A stretch of 39,677 nucleotides of DNA from Acidobacteriota bacterium. GTDB lineage: Bacteria; Acidobacteriota; UBA4820; DSQY01. The notes below the pieces were generated by a model. The model had not been told where the DNA came from. It saw nothing but the letters and a program-made list of their open reading frames with translations, and ran no database searches. Location of the stretch: contig JBMFSH010000025.1 of assembly GCA_049967655.1 (NCBI GenBank), positions 1 to 39,677 on the forward strand, in the 5' to 3' direction. Shown piece after piece: positions 9,101 through 17,108 of this stretch. Every line of letters starts with the position of its first letter. The stretch's first letter is position 1. The position numbers were made by a program, and so were the translations under genes.

Positions 9101-10210
9101 CAGAGGTTCGTGGTCCTCCCCGAGCAGAGCCCGGGCGTGGTCCAGGTACCAACCTTCGGCGGTCTCGGAGAACCAAAGCAGCCGCGGTGAGCCGATCTGT
9201 CCCCCGGGTTCCCCCTGGCTCTCGTACAGGATGACCAGCGGGACAGAGGCGCTCGCGGCGGCCTGATCGAGAACGGCCCGGCTGTCGGGGTCGAGGGCCT
9301 CGCCGGGCCAAAGCAGCCAGCCCGCTCCGCCAGGGGGACGGGCGAGCAGCGGGGCGAGCCTTCCCGCGAACCGGCGGGCCTCGCCGATCAGGCCTTCGCG
9401 CATCCAGGCTTCGGCCTCGCGCTGTCCCCCCAAGACCCGCCGAACCAGGGGCTCAAGCGCGGCGAAGGGGTAGGGAGGAGGGTGTCCCAAGGGGACGGGG
9501 TCGAGGGCCAGCCCTCCGCGGTCGACGGGAAGCGCGAGTCCGAACGCGCCCTCAAGGAGCGCCGAACGGGCCGCCGCGCGAACCGCGTGGACGCCGGGCG
9601 AGGAGCATTCCCCGCGAGGCAGCCACCGGAACCCCAGACCCCACCCCGGAGAAAGGCCGGGAGGGGGTCCATCTCCGGCCAGGCTCCAGAGGCCCAGCAG
9701 CCGGCTCCGAAAGGGAGCGGTCTCCTCTCCGTTGCCGGCCAGGGCCGAGGTCAGCCATTCGTTCCAAGCGGCGAACCGGTGGTGTCTGCGGGGGACGCTG
9801 GGCCAGGGGGCCTGCGAAGGGGAAGGGCGCCCGGAGAGGAGGCGGTAGATCAGCGCCGCGTATGCCGGCAACGGGGGGCCCTCGGGCGGAGGTGACTCCG
9901 CCCCTTGAAAAAGCGGGAGCCCATCGGGCCTCAGCACCCAATCCCGGGGCCCCGGCCGCAGAGGCCATCCCTCCGCTTCCAGAAAGGTCAGAGAGGAGAA
10001 GAGGCCCAGGCCGAAACGAAGGATCTCCTCCTCGCCGCGCAGGTTGAGGAGCGAGCGCGAGATGGCGGCGGACGATGGATCGCTCCCCCAGGAGAGCCCC
10101 GGACCCAAGGCAGGATGCACGAGTATCCCGGAAGACGGGCTGGGCGATACGGCGCCTGCCTGAACGCCGCCTTTCGGCTGGTGCGAGCGGCTCAACGATC
10201 CCCCCACCAA
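6128..10210 (-). CDS. Large sigma54-dependent enhancer-binding protein (TPR-rich N-terminus + AAA+ + Fis-type HTH)
   Basis: Walker A GEPGVGKE, intact GAFTGA, Walker B LFLDEV, FRQDLLHRL, WPGNVRELQN, HTH GNLSAAARTLAISRQSL. About 1000-aa Ala/Leu helical-repeat N-terminus. Start codon uncertain. Confidence 0.85.
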   Translation of the reverse strand: MVGGSLSRSHQPKGGVQAGAVSPSPSSGILVHPALGPGLSWGSDPSSAAISRSLLNLRGEEEILRFGLGLFSSLTFLEAEGWPLRPGPRDWVLRPDGLPLFQGAESPPPEGPPLPAYAALIYRLLSGRPSPSQAPWPSVPRRHHRFAAWNEWLTSALAGNGEETAPFRSRLLGLWSLAGDGPPPGLSPGWGLGFRWLPRGECSSPGVHAVRAAARSALLEGAFGLALPVDRGGLALDPVPLGHPPPYPFAALEPLVRRVLGGQREAEAWMREGLIGEARRFAGRLAPLLARPPGGAGWLLWPGEALDPDSRAVLDQAAASASVPLVILYESQGEPGGQIGSPRLLWFSETAEGWYLDHARALLGEDHEPLLTALSSHHDDHPRCGDSLLPPRTAPMPPPVRPVLGSGRPKAVPPAAPASEPARLAAKGHLAALLHGARELHPRDAEAGQYWEGVVLLHVGQPLLAMRMWEGLSMESRWGDGLAFQRIKALERLQDYRAADRQADEALARSLPAAERDAILLLKGQFHWLLGRFSEAETCLEGVATTTKDPDLRVQALCHWATAALHDDRPEQALALLERAGSLTPRPAQPITRFLLAHRRAMLHQKLGEHAAALSGFEEARSLASSFGFRSLESGCECDCANVLRRLLRFNEASRRLRRGLEGAIALGLPTLEEVARTNLAACTAEAGNLLPALRQFENSAARKGSPQNPQYLAVDCFWLGSIHQQLGDYPAALEWTEKGLSSLPGTDPEVRLPLQYLRGELLLQTRQIQKLRRLVKEISNQVRPDVDADDRLAISALRCAAARRGAGSFSAEDHREAAGLLGQATPYFRAFWHLLAAGGAEEAAETTLLKAWTEAGRARSPYLAARALWELACLGALPPLSTEDRQWIRDFLVKNRVRGPERGLLGFLAEAPPPSGPEARAEAGPLAFLAAAESAPEETMAGILERTGATAGCLLSPGSPPRWWGEGSEVQRRSLLQAAGSLGEKVVAGGSLLGLATESGLWCGLFKAGASSFDADQRRLAAIWIRLLPAAPVPTPPPPGRDLHPAIGRHLLSASSAMRAVTEAIQRASVFHFPVLFTGEPGVGKEACAKALHAASPRAPKSWVAANCANLTPTLAASLLFGHRRGAFTGADRDQTGLVEAARGSTLFLDEVGELPQEVQAHLLRFLQDGTFLPLGAVRGRESDARVVAATNRDLETAASEGLFRQDLLHRLRVIEIEVPPLRRRPEDIPLLFAHFLEEAAAAEGFPSPRVTPPVLMRLGAYAWPGNVRELQNAARAMLVASAGAPELREEHLPRRLKEAPRDGSGGRSLPAILEEAERKAIAQAIQDSGGNLSAAARTLAISRQSLLQKMKRLGLSRH

Positions 10211-10360
10211 GGAAAACAGAAGTCTCCAGTCTATCGTGATCGCTGCGGGATCTCAACTGTGAACTGGATTCTCGGGGGCGCCCCGCGGCCTCATGCCCTG
10301 GGAGCCGGGAAAGATGTTGATAAATAAGGCAAGAGGCGTGGTTTGGCTTTCTGCCGATCC

Positions 10361-10390
10361 TTGCCTGGGCCTGTCGACCGAGGCTATACT
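10361..10390 (+). promoter_or_regulatory. Putative sigma70 promoter of EAL gene
   Basis: TTGCCT-18 nt-TATACT, followed by a GGAGGAGG RBS and TTG at 10412. Confidence 0.6.
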
Positions 10391-10411
10391 ACTAGACAGG
10401 GAGGAGGGAGT

Positions 10412-11704
10412 TTGGAGCCCCCCATCAAGGATCTCCACAACGAGTTGGTGGCTCTGCGCGCCTCTCTCTACGACGGCAACACTCGACTGCCGGCCTACAC
10501 CGCCTGTTTCGAGTCCCTCAAGAGGATGGCCGAGAATCAGTTCCTCGGCGCGATCTTCATCCAATTCTCTGATCTGGAGCGGGTGGAGGGGATCTTCGGC
10601 TTTGAGCGTTACGAAGCCATCCTCCGCCAGGCGGCCTTCCAGATCGAGGACGTCAACCACCGTGAGTTCGACGGGGCCCTGCTCACCACCCAGCGCGGGG
10701 TCTACGACGATCAGTTCTGCATTTTTGTGCCCTGCCGCTTCTTGCGCGATGGGAACGCCCGGGCGCTGGAGGAGGTGGCGAACAAGCTCTATCTGGTGCT
10801 GGAAGAGGAACTGTCGGCGCAGGCGCTGCCCGGCCTTTCCCTCCACATGGGCTACTCGGTGCTCCACAACAACCCGTTTCTCCGCTTCGAACGACTGGTG
10901 CACCGGGCCGTCGAAGAGGCCGCTTCGGTGGCCCACCACCAGAAGGAGGCCGAGGTCGTCTTTCACGAGCTGGAGCTCAGACAGATTCTCGCTCGCCAGT
11001 CCCTCAGCACGGTATTCCACCCCATCGTCCTTCTGGACGGCTACGAGATCGTGGGGTATGAGGCGTTGACACGGGGCCCCGCCGGAACCCCTTACGAATC
11101 CCCGGAATCCCTCTTCTCCTCCGCGAGGCAGTCCAACCTGAGCCGGCAGCTCGACCATCAGTGCAAGCTCACCGCCATCGCCTCCGCCAAGCCCAAGCCG
11201 AAAGGGGCCAAGCTGTTCATCAACACGCTTCCCACCACGCTGGACGACCCCGATCTGATGGGCGATGGAGCGGTCAGGATGCTAGAAGCGTCGGGTCTGC
11301 ATCCCGAAGAGGTGGTCTGGGAGCTGACGGAGCGCCTGCCCATCGATGACTACGCCGCCTTCGCAACCACCATGAAGGGGTATCTGGAGATGGGCTACCG
11401 CGTGGCCATCGACGATGTGGGCACGGGCTACTCTTCGATCCAGACCATTACTCACGTTCGACCTTCTTACCTGAAAATTGACCTCTCCCTCGTCAAGGAC
11501 CTCCAGGCCAACCTGCTGAAGCAGGAGCTGGTGTCGTCGCTGGCCCTGCTCGCCAAGAACATCGGCGCGCTCATCATCGCTGAGGGCGTTGGGACCATGG
11601 GGGAGATGGGTGCGCTCAAGGAGCTCGGCGTGACCCTGGCCCAGGGCTACCTCTTCGGCATGCCCTCCAGGAAGTTCGCCGAGACGGCCCGTCCCCAGCA
11701 GTGA
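10412..11704 (+). CDS. EAL-domain c-di-GMP phosphodiesterase with degenerate GGDEF-like N-terminal domain
   Basis: YEALTRG, LFIN, ELTE, IDDVGTGYSS, LKID, AEGV, QGYLF. The N-domain has YDDQF where GGDEF would be. Start TTG 10412 chosen from the RBS and promoter. Confidence 0.88.
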   Translation: MEPPIKDLHNELVALRASLYDGNTRLPAYTACFESLKRMAENQFLGAIFIQFSDLERVEGIFGFERYEAILRQAAFQIEDVNHREFDGALLTTQRGVYDDQFCIFVPCRFLRDGNARALEEVANKLYLVLEEELSAQALPGLSLHMGYSVLHNNPFLRFERLVHRAVEEAASVAHHQKEAEVVFHELELRQILARQSLSTVFHPIVLLDGYEIVGYEALTRGPAGTPYESPESLFSSARQSNLSRQLDHQCKLTAIASAKPKPKGAKLFINTLPTTLDDPDLMGDGAVRMLEASGLHPEEVVWELTERLPIDDYAAFATTMKGYLEMGYRVAIDDVGTGYSSIQTITHVRPSYLKIDLSLVKDLQANLLKQELVSSLALLAKNIGALIIAEGVGTMGEMGALKELGVTLAQGYLFGMPSRKFAETARPQQ

Positions 11705-11755
11705 GCGCTGAGGACTGAGGACCAAGGGGCGAAGGAGGGATCTCGCGGGTCTTCT

Positions 11756-11783
11756 CCCATCCATCATCCATCATCCATCATCA
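11756..11783. repeat. Tandem heptamer (TCCATCA) x3-4
   Basis: ccatccatcatccatcatccatcatca. Related units recur at about 12359-12374 and, inverted, at about 32203-32232. Confidence 0.7.
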
Positions 11784-12341
11784 CGCCTGTCTAAAATAGA
11801 CTGCCCTGCCGGCTCCGAACCACGGCTGGGTCTGGCCCGCGCCTTTGGCGCGGCGCTGGGGGCCTGGTCCGGGCACGTCCACACCAGCGTGGCCGCGCTC
11901 CGGCCTCAGTCCCTCCGCCGCCCTTCGGGTACCAGCCCCAGCCTCATCGAATACGACCGTCCCCCCACCCTCCACGGACGCGCCGGCGGCGACGGACCTC
12001 CTGGCGCGTCAGGTTTCGGCGCCCACATCCTCAGCGTACATGGAGTACGCTTCCGGTGTGGTCACCTCACCTTCCTTCTATGAGGAGGCCGGTCGTGTCA
12101 AGGGGGGCTCCGTTATCCTCTGGCTTCAGGTTGGGCGCCTTGGGGGAGGACAGCGTCCTCCACGCTTCTATCCGCACTTCGGGTGGCCCCGCTGAGGGGG
12201 GGCCGTGCAGTATGGGGTGCGATGAGGAGAGGGTGCTGCCATCTTGCATGAGGCCCATCGGCGCCGGGACGCGCCTTCCTCCGCTTCGCTCCGGAAGGCA
12301 ACCCGCACCAATGCACACTGAAGTAGTTTTAGACAGCCATG
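11782..12341. mobile_element. Putative non-autonomous MITE-like element (~560 bp)
   Basis: Terminal inverted repeat CACGCCTGTCTAAAA (11782-11796) vs reverse complement of 12327-12341, CATGGCTGTCTAAAA (13/15). Several internal hairpins, no credible ORF, no clear target-site duplication. Confidence 0.5.
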
Positions 12342-12419
12342 TATTTTGGACAACAGTAATCCATCAGCCATCATCTGCCCACAATCTTTCTGTGGCCTGG
12401 ATTTGGTTGTGAAAGCGGC

Positions 12420-12836
12420 TCAGTCGTCCGGCACCGTGAAGGCGAAGGCGCGCTTAATCCTGGCCGGGGGCGTCTCGGGCGAAAAGCCCTCGTGAAGCCA
12501 CCGGCACCAGGTCTGCGCTTCGGCGACATCCAGCCCGCTCTCCTCCACGATCACCGCCCCGTAGGCGAAGCGGTCCCGGCTGAAGGGGACCTGGCTCCGT
12601 TTGTAGAAGAACGCCGCGAAGCGTCGCGGTCCGATGGGGAAGAGCTTCATCAACGCCCGGTTGGGGCGGCCTGCCACGGGTTCGGTTCCGCCCAGCTCCA
12701 GGCCGCTGGCATCGGGACAGAGCTTGAGCGGATAGGGGGAGGCCTGGGCGGCTTCGAGCACCGCCGTGTAAAGGGCCGTAGCGGCCAGCTCCTTCCTCTT
12801 TCTCTGAACCTCTGGATCGGAGTCGTTGACGATCAT
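12420..12836 (-). CDS. Hypothetical protein (138 aa)
   Basis: Co-oriented 52 nt after cysS, GGAGGG RBS, protein-like composition. No recognised family. Confidence 0.7.
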   Translation of the reverse strand: MIVNDSDPEVQRKRKELAATALYTAVLEAAQASPYPLKLCPDASGLELGGTEPVAGRPNRALMKLFPIGPRRFAAFFYKRSQVPFSRDRFAYGAVIVEESGLDVAEAQTWCRWLHEGFSPETPPARIKRAFAFTVPDD

Positions 12837-12888
12837 CGCCCCCTCCCCGAGAGGGAGGCAGAGGCCGAGAGAGCCCTGCTCGATCCCC

Positions 12889-14277
12889 TCAAGCCCTCTT
12901 CCAGCGGACGCCCTGGGGGGTGTCCTCCAGTAGGATGCCCCGGGCCTTCAGCTCCTCCCGAATGCGGTCCGCCTCGGCGAAGTTCCTCGCTTTCCGAGCC
13001 TCCTGGCGCGCCTGGATGAGGGCCTCCACCTCGGCGTCCAGAATCTCGCCGCGCTCGAGGCCGATACCGAAGACCCGTTCGAAGTCCTCCAGAAGAAGCC
13101 CCGCCTCCTCTCTCGCGCCGGGGCCCCAGCTCCTCCTGTCCATGGCTGCGTTGCTGGCCCGGACTGCCTCGAAGAGGGCCGAAAGGGCCATGGCGGTGTT
13201 TAGGTCCTCCTCGAGGGCCGCTGAGAAGGCGCTCCGGTGCCCCCGGATGGTCTGCGCCACGGCGGGCGCCTCCTCCGGACCGGGCGCCGCCTCGAGCCAC
13301 CGGGCGCGGAAATCGCGGAGGCGCGCGAGCGCGGCTTTGGCGGCCTCCAGGCCCTCGAAGGTGAAGTTCAGCTGCTTGCGGTAGGGCACCGAGAGAAGGA
13401 GGTAGCGGATGGCCATCGGGTCGGCGCCCCGGTCCAAAAGGTCCCTCAGGGTGTAGAAGTTCCCGAGGGACTTGCTCATCTTCTCGCCGTTCACCAGGAG
13501 GTGTTCGGCGTGCAACCACAGCCGGACCGGAGCCTTGCCCGTAGCGCCCCGGCTCTGGGCGATCTCGTTTTCGTGGTGGGGGAAAACGAGATCGATCCCG
13601 CCCGTGTGGATGTCGAAGACCTCCCCGAGGTATTTGGCGCTCATGGCCGAGCACTCCAGGTGCCAGCCGGGCCGGCCAGGCCCCCAGGGGCTCTCCCAGG
13701 AAGGTTCGCCGGGCTTGGCGGCCTTCCAGAGCACGAAATCGCGGGCCGATTCCTTGTCGTACTGATCGCCGTCCACCCTGGCCCCATCCAGGTTGCCGGC
13801 CAGATCCATGGGGCAGAGCGCGCCGTATCCCGGGAGGCTGGCGATACGAAAGTAGACCGACCCCTGGCTCTCATAGACGTGTCCGTTCCTCTCCATGGCC
13901 TGGATGAGGGCGATCATCTCCGGGATGTGCTCCGTCGCCCGTGGGTAGACGTCGGCCGGAAGGCATCCCAGCGTGGCCATGTCCTCGAAAAACAGCGCCG
14001 CGAATTTGTCCGTGAGCGTCCGCAAAGGGACTCCGGCCTGGTTCGCGCGGGCGATGGTCTTGTCGTCGATGTCCGTCAGGTTTTTCACGTGGAGGACCGA
14101 ATAGCCCTTCCAGATCAGGAAGCGCTTGAGAAGGTCCTCAAACAGGAAGGTTCTGAAGTTCCCGATGTGGGCCACGTCGTAGACCGTGGGACCGCACGTG
14201 TAGAGGCGCACGCGGCCGGGTTCGAGCGGCTCGAAGGGCTCTAGCTGTTTGGTCAGGGAGTTGGTGAACCGGATCAT
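12889..14277 (-). CDS. cysS: Cysteine--tRNA ligase
   Basis: YTCGPTVY, HIGN, GRPGWHLECSAM, DIHTGGIDLVFPHHENE, KMSKSLGNF. True start MIRFTNSL at 14277 overlaps the aroF stop (ATGA). Confidence 0.96.
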   Translation of the reverse strand: MIRFTNSLTKQLEPFEPLEPGRVRLYTCGPTVYDVAHIGNFRTFLFEDLLKRFLIWKGYSVLHVKNLTDIDDKTIARANQAGVPLRTLTDKFAALFFEDMATLGCLPADVYPRATEHIPEMIALIQAMERNGHVYESQGSVYFRIASLPGYGALCPMDLAGNLDGARVDGDQYDKESARDFVLWKAAKPGEPSWESPWGPGRPGWHLECSAMSAKYLGEVFDIHTGGIDLVFPHHENEIAQSRGATGKAPVRLWLHAEHLLVNGEKMSKSLGNFYTLRDLLDRGADPMAIRYLLLSVPYRKQLNFTFEGLEAAKAALARLRDFRARWLEAAPGPEEAPAVAQTIRGHRSAFSAALEEDLNTAMALSALFEAVRASNAAMDRRSWGPGAREEAGLLLEDFERVFGIGLERGEILDAEVEALIQARQEARKARNFAEADRIREELKARGILLEDTPQGVRWKRA

Positions 14278-15299
14278 GCGGGCCTCGGGAATCGTCTGAC
14301 CACCACGGGAGCCAGCTCGGCGAGCTCCCCGGCAAGTCGCAGGAGGTCCTCCGGAAGGAGTGCCTGAGGGCCATCGGAAAGCGCCGACTCGGGCGTGGGA
14401 TGGACCTCCACCAGAAGGCCGTCCGCGCCCACCGCCGCCGCAGCCCTCGCCATAGGAGCCACGAGCCGCCGGCGGCCCGTCGCGTGGGAGGGATCCACGA
14501 ACACCGGAAGGTGGGTCATCTCCTTGAGGAGGACGACCGAGGCGAGATCCAGGGAGTTTCGAAGGGCCGGGTCGAAGGAGCGGATTCCCCGCTCGCAGAG
14601 GATCACCCTTTCGTTGCCGCCGGCGAGGATGTATTCCGCAGCCAGGAGAAGCTCCTCCCGCGTGGCGGCCAGGCCGCGCTTCAGGAGGACGGGCCTGTTC
14701 AGCCGCCCGATCGCCTTCAGCAAGGGAAAGTTCTGCATGTTGCGGCTGCCCACCTGGAGGATATCGGCCAACTCGGCCACCGCCGGCAGGTCCTCCCGAT
14801 CCAGGACTTCGCTCATCATGAGCAGGCCGTGGCGGTCGGCCACCTCCCGGTGGAGGCGCAGACCCTCGCGGCCGAGGCCCTGAAAGGTGTAGGGGCTGGT
14901 CCGAGGCTTGAAGGAGCCTCCGCGGAAGATGACGCCTCCGGCCCGCTTGGTGGCCAGGGCGCAGGCCTCCATCTGCTCCGGGGTTTCGACGGCGCACGGC
15001 CCGGCCGCCAGCACGAAGTCCTGGCCCCCAATGTCGATCGGGCCGCAGCGGATCACGGAAGGGCGCCCCCGCAGCGCCAGAGAGGCGAGCGGAAACCCCT
15101 CTTCGGGTGGAAGAACGGCGGCCACGCCGGGGATCGCGGTCAGGCGTTCGGCCGGCGGCTGGCCACCGTCGGAGGTGATCACCCAGATCGGGCGGGCGCC
15201 TGCCGCGGTTTTCTCCACGTGGAGCTCCAGTTGGCGCAAGCGATCCTCGATCTGCTGGAGTTGATCGGCGTTGAGGTCCGGCTCAAGGCTGAGAAGCAT
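14274..15299 (-). CDS. aroF: DAHP synthase (class I beta, N-terminal regulatory domain)
   Basis: AGPCAVE, RGGSFKPRTSPYTFQG, QVGSRNMQN, LLKRG, LCERGIR, VDPSH, EVHP, SDG. Confidence 0.9.
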   Translation of the reverse strand: MLLSLEPDLNADQLQQIEDRLRQLELHVEKTAAGARPIWVITSDGGQPPAERLTAIPGVAAVLPPEEGFPLASLALRGRPSVIRCGPIDIGGQDFVLAAGPCAVETPEQMEACALATKRAGGVIFRGGSFKPRTSPYTFQGLGREGLRLHREVADRHGLLMMSEVLDREDLPAVAELADILQVGSRNMQNFPLLKAIGRLNRPVLLKRGLAATREELLLAAEYILAGGNERVILCERGIRSFDPALRNSLDLASVVLLKEMTHLPVFVDPSHATGRRRLVAPMARAAAAVGADGLLVEVHPTPESALSDGPQALLPEDLLRLAGELAELAPVVVRRFPRPA

Positions 15300-15320
15300 G
15301 TGGCCTCCATCGAACCTCCC

Positions 15321-15349
15321 ATGCTAGTATGTCCCCTCCTTCAGTTCAA
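15321..15349 (-). promoter_or_regulatory. Putative sigma70 promoter of aroF-cysS
   Basis: Minus strand TTGAAC-17 nt-TAGCAT upstream of a GGAGG RBS. Confidence 0.45.
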
Positions 15350-15429
15350 TACGGCCGCGGTCCCACGGCTTCGGTCCCAGGGGCCAAAATCCGCGCTCTC
15401 AGGCGCGCTCCGCCGTGCGGCCCCCGCCG

Positions 15430-15459
15430 TTGACAACCATCGGCGGGGACGGATACACT
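15430..15459 (+). promoter_or_regulatory. Putative sigma70 promoter of FHA-mnmA-hem operon
   Basis: TTGACA-18 nt-TACACT, then GGGAGG RBS and GTG 15478. Confidence 0.65.
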
Positions 15460-15477
15460 CCGCACGGGAGGCGCGCC

Positions 15478-16038
15478 GTGATCGTCACCTGCCCCTCGTG
15501 TCAGAAGCGCTATCGCCTCGAGGAGAAACACTTCCGGGGAGGAGAGAGGTTTCGCTTCACCTGCCCCAACTGCGCCCAGGTCATCGAGGCCGTCCGGGAG
15601 GTGGCTTCGGCTCGGCTCTCCGGAGGCGCCCCCGCCAGCGAGGCTCAGCAGCCTTCCACCGAGAAGGTCCACAAGCTCGACAATACGTGGGCAGGGTCGG
15701 AGGTGCCGGAGTCGGAGCTCCTGGCCATGCCCGAGGGCAAGCGGGTTTCCCTCGCCGTGCTGCAAGGCAATGATGCCGGGACCATCATCCCCGTTGACAA
15801 GCCCGTGCTGCTCATAGGCCGTGCCGGAGCCGACGTGAACCTGAACGACAGCGAGGTCTCCCGGCGGCACGCTCAGATCGAGATCAAAGGGAAAACCATT
15901 CTTCTGAGAGACCTCAGGAGTACCAACGGCACCTACATCAACGAGCAGCGCATCACGGTGACTCAGATCGATCACCAGTGTGAGTTCCGCGTGGGCACCA
16001 GCACCCTCATGCTGATCGTCACCGACGAGCAGCCGTAG
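15478..16038 (+). CDS. MJ0042-type zinc-ribbon + FHA domain protein
   Basis: N-terminal CPSC...CPNC; C-terminal FHA motifs IGR, VSRRHA, STNGTYIN. Confidence 0.85.
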   Translation: MIVTCPSCQKRYRLEEKHFRGGERFRFTCPNCAQVIEAVREVASARLSGGAPASEAQQPSTEKVHKLDNTWAGSEVPESELLAMPEGKRVSLAVLQGNDAGTIIPVDKPVLLIGRAGADVNLNDSEVSRRHAQIEIKGKTILLRDLRSTNGTYINEQRITVTQIDHQCEFRVGTSTLMLIVTDEQP

Positions 16039-16043
16039 CCCCC

Positions 16044-17108
16044 ATGTCCCATACCGTTCTCGTCGCCATGTCCGGGGGGGTGGACTCCTCCGTCGCCGCC
16101 CTCCTGTTGCTCGAACGGGGATACAGGGTCGTCGGCGTGACCCTGCGCCTGCACGATTCCTGCGGAAGCCCGGGGGCCAAGCGGTGCTGCGGCTTGGAGG
16201 ACATTTTCGACGCGCGCGAGGTGGCGAAACTTCTCGGGATCGAGCACAGGGTTCTGGAGCACCAGGAGGCCTTTCGGCGGCTGGTGGTCCAACCCTTCGC
16301 GGAGGCCTACGCCCGGGGAGAGACCCCCAACCCCTGCATCCGTTGCAACGAGCGGGTGAAGTTCGGCACGCTCTGGGAGTATGCGCGGGAGCTGGGCGCG
16401 GGCTGGGTGGCCACGGGCCACCATGCGCGCATGGTTCATGAGGACGGACTCAGCCGCCTCAAGCGCGGCAGGGATCTCGCCAAGGACCAGTCCTACGTGC
16501 TCTTCCCGCTCACGGAGCAACAGCGCGGCCGAACCCTTCTGCCCGTGGGGGAGTGGACCAAGGAGGAGATCCGGGCGAAGGCGCGGGGACTCGGCCTGCC
16601 CACGGCCCACAAGCCCGAGAGCCAGGATATCTGTTTTGTTGGGCCGGGGGGCTACGCCGAGGTCGTTGAACGTGAGCTGGAGATGCTTCGGCCGGGCACG
16701 GTACGGCATCAGGATGGCCGGCTGCTGGGTACCCACGCGGGCATCCATCGGTTCACCGTGGGGCAGCGTCGTGGCTTGGCCATACCCTGGAGCGAGGCGC
16801 TCTACGTGACGGCCATCGATGCGGAGGCGGCGGAGGTGACGGTGGGGCCGAAGGAGGCCCTGGGCGTTCGAAGCTTCGAGGCCGGCGATTGGATCTGGCA
16901 CGTGGGGGAGGGGGAGCGGCCCACGGAGGCCTGGGTCCAAGTCCGATACCACCAGCCTCCGCGGCGCGCGCGCCTCGTTGAGGCCGGTGAATCCGTGATG
17001 GTAGAATGGTTAGACGGCGCCAGCGCCGCGACTCCCGGGCAGGCGGCTGTGGCCTACCTGGGCGACGCGGTCGTGGGCGGCGGCTGGATACGCGGGAGGG
17101 TCGCATGA
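16044..17108 (+). CDS. mnmA: tRNA-specific 2-thiouridylase
   Basis: AMSGGVDSS, TPNPCIRCN, ATGHHA, KDQSY, ESQDICF, FTVGQRRG, TPGQA. Confidence 0.95.
   Translation: MSHTVLVAMSGGVDSSVAALLLLERGYRVVGVTLRLHDSCGSPGAKRCCGLEDIFDAREVAKLLGIEHRVLEHQEAFRRLVVQPFAEAYARGETPNPCIRCNERVKFGTLWEYARELGAGWVATGHHARMVHEDGLSRLKRGRDLAKDQSYVLFPLTEQQRGRTLLPVGEWTKEEIRAKARGLGLPTAHKPESQDICFVGPGGYAEVVERELEMLRPGTVRHQDGRLLGTHAGIHRFTVGQRRGLAIPWSEALYVTAIDAEAAEVTVGPKEALGVRSFEAGDWIWHVGEGERPTEAWVQVRYHQPPRRARLVEAGESVMVEWLDGASAATPGQAAVAYLGDAVVGGGWIRGRVA

Noticed and set aside
10335..10366. Possible sigma54 promoter for the EAL gene (TGGC...TTGC)
   Set aside because: Spacing does not fit GG-N10-GC; a sigma70-type promoter fits better.
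12005..12060. Hammerhead-like CUGAGGA...GAAAC on the minus strand
   Set aside because: Stem II cannot form from UGUGGGCGCC and there is no NUH cleavage triplet or stem III pairing. Better explained as a hairpin inside the MITE-like element.
12075..12101. Minus-strand TTGACA...TAGAAG promoter antisense to the EAL gene
   Set aside because: Spacer is only 15 nt and the -10 is weak.
14278..14997. Apparent 240-aa N-terminal extension of CysS in the ORF track
   Set aside because: It is an alternative frame of aroF with Arg/Gly/Pro-rich junk composition. The true start is ATG 14277.
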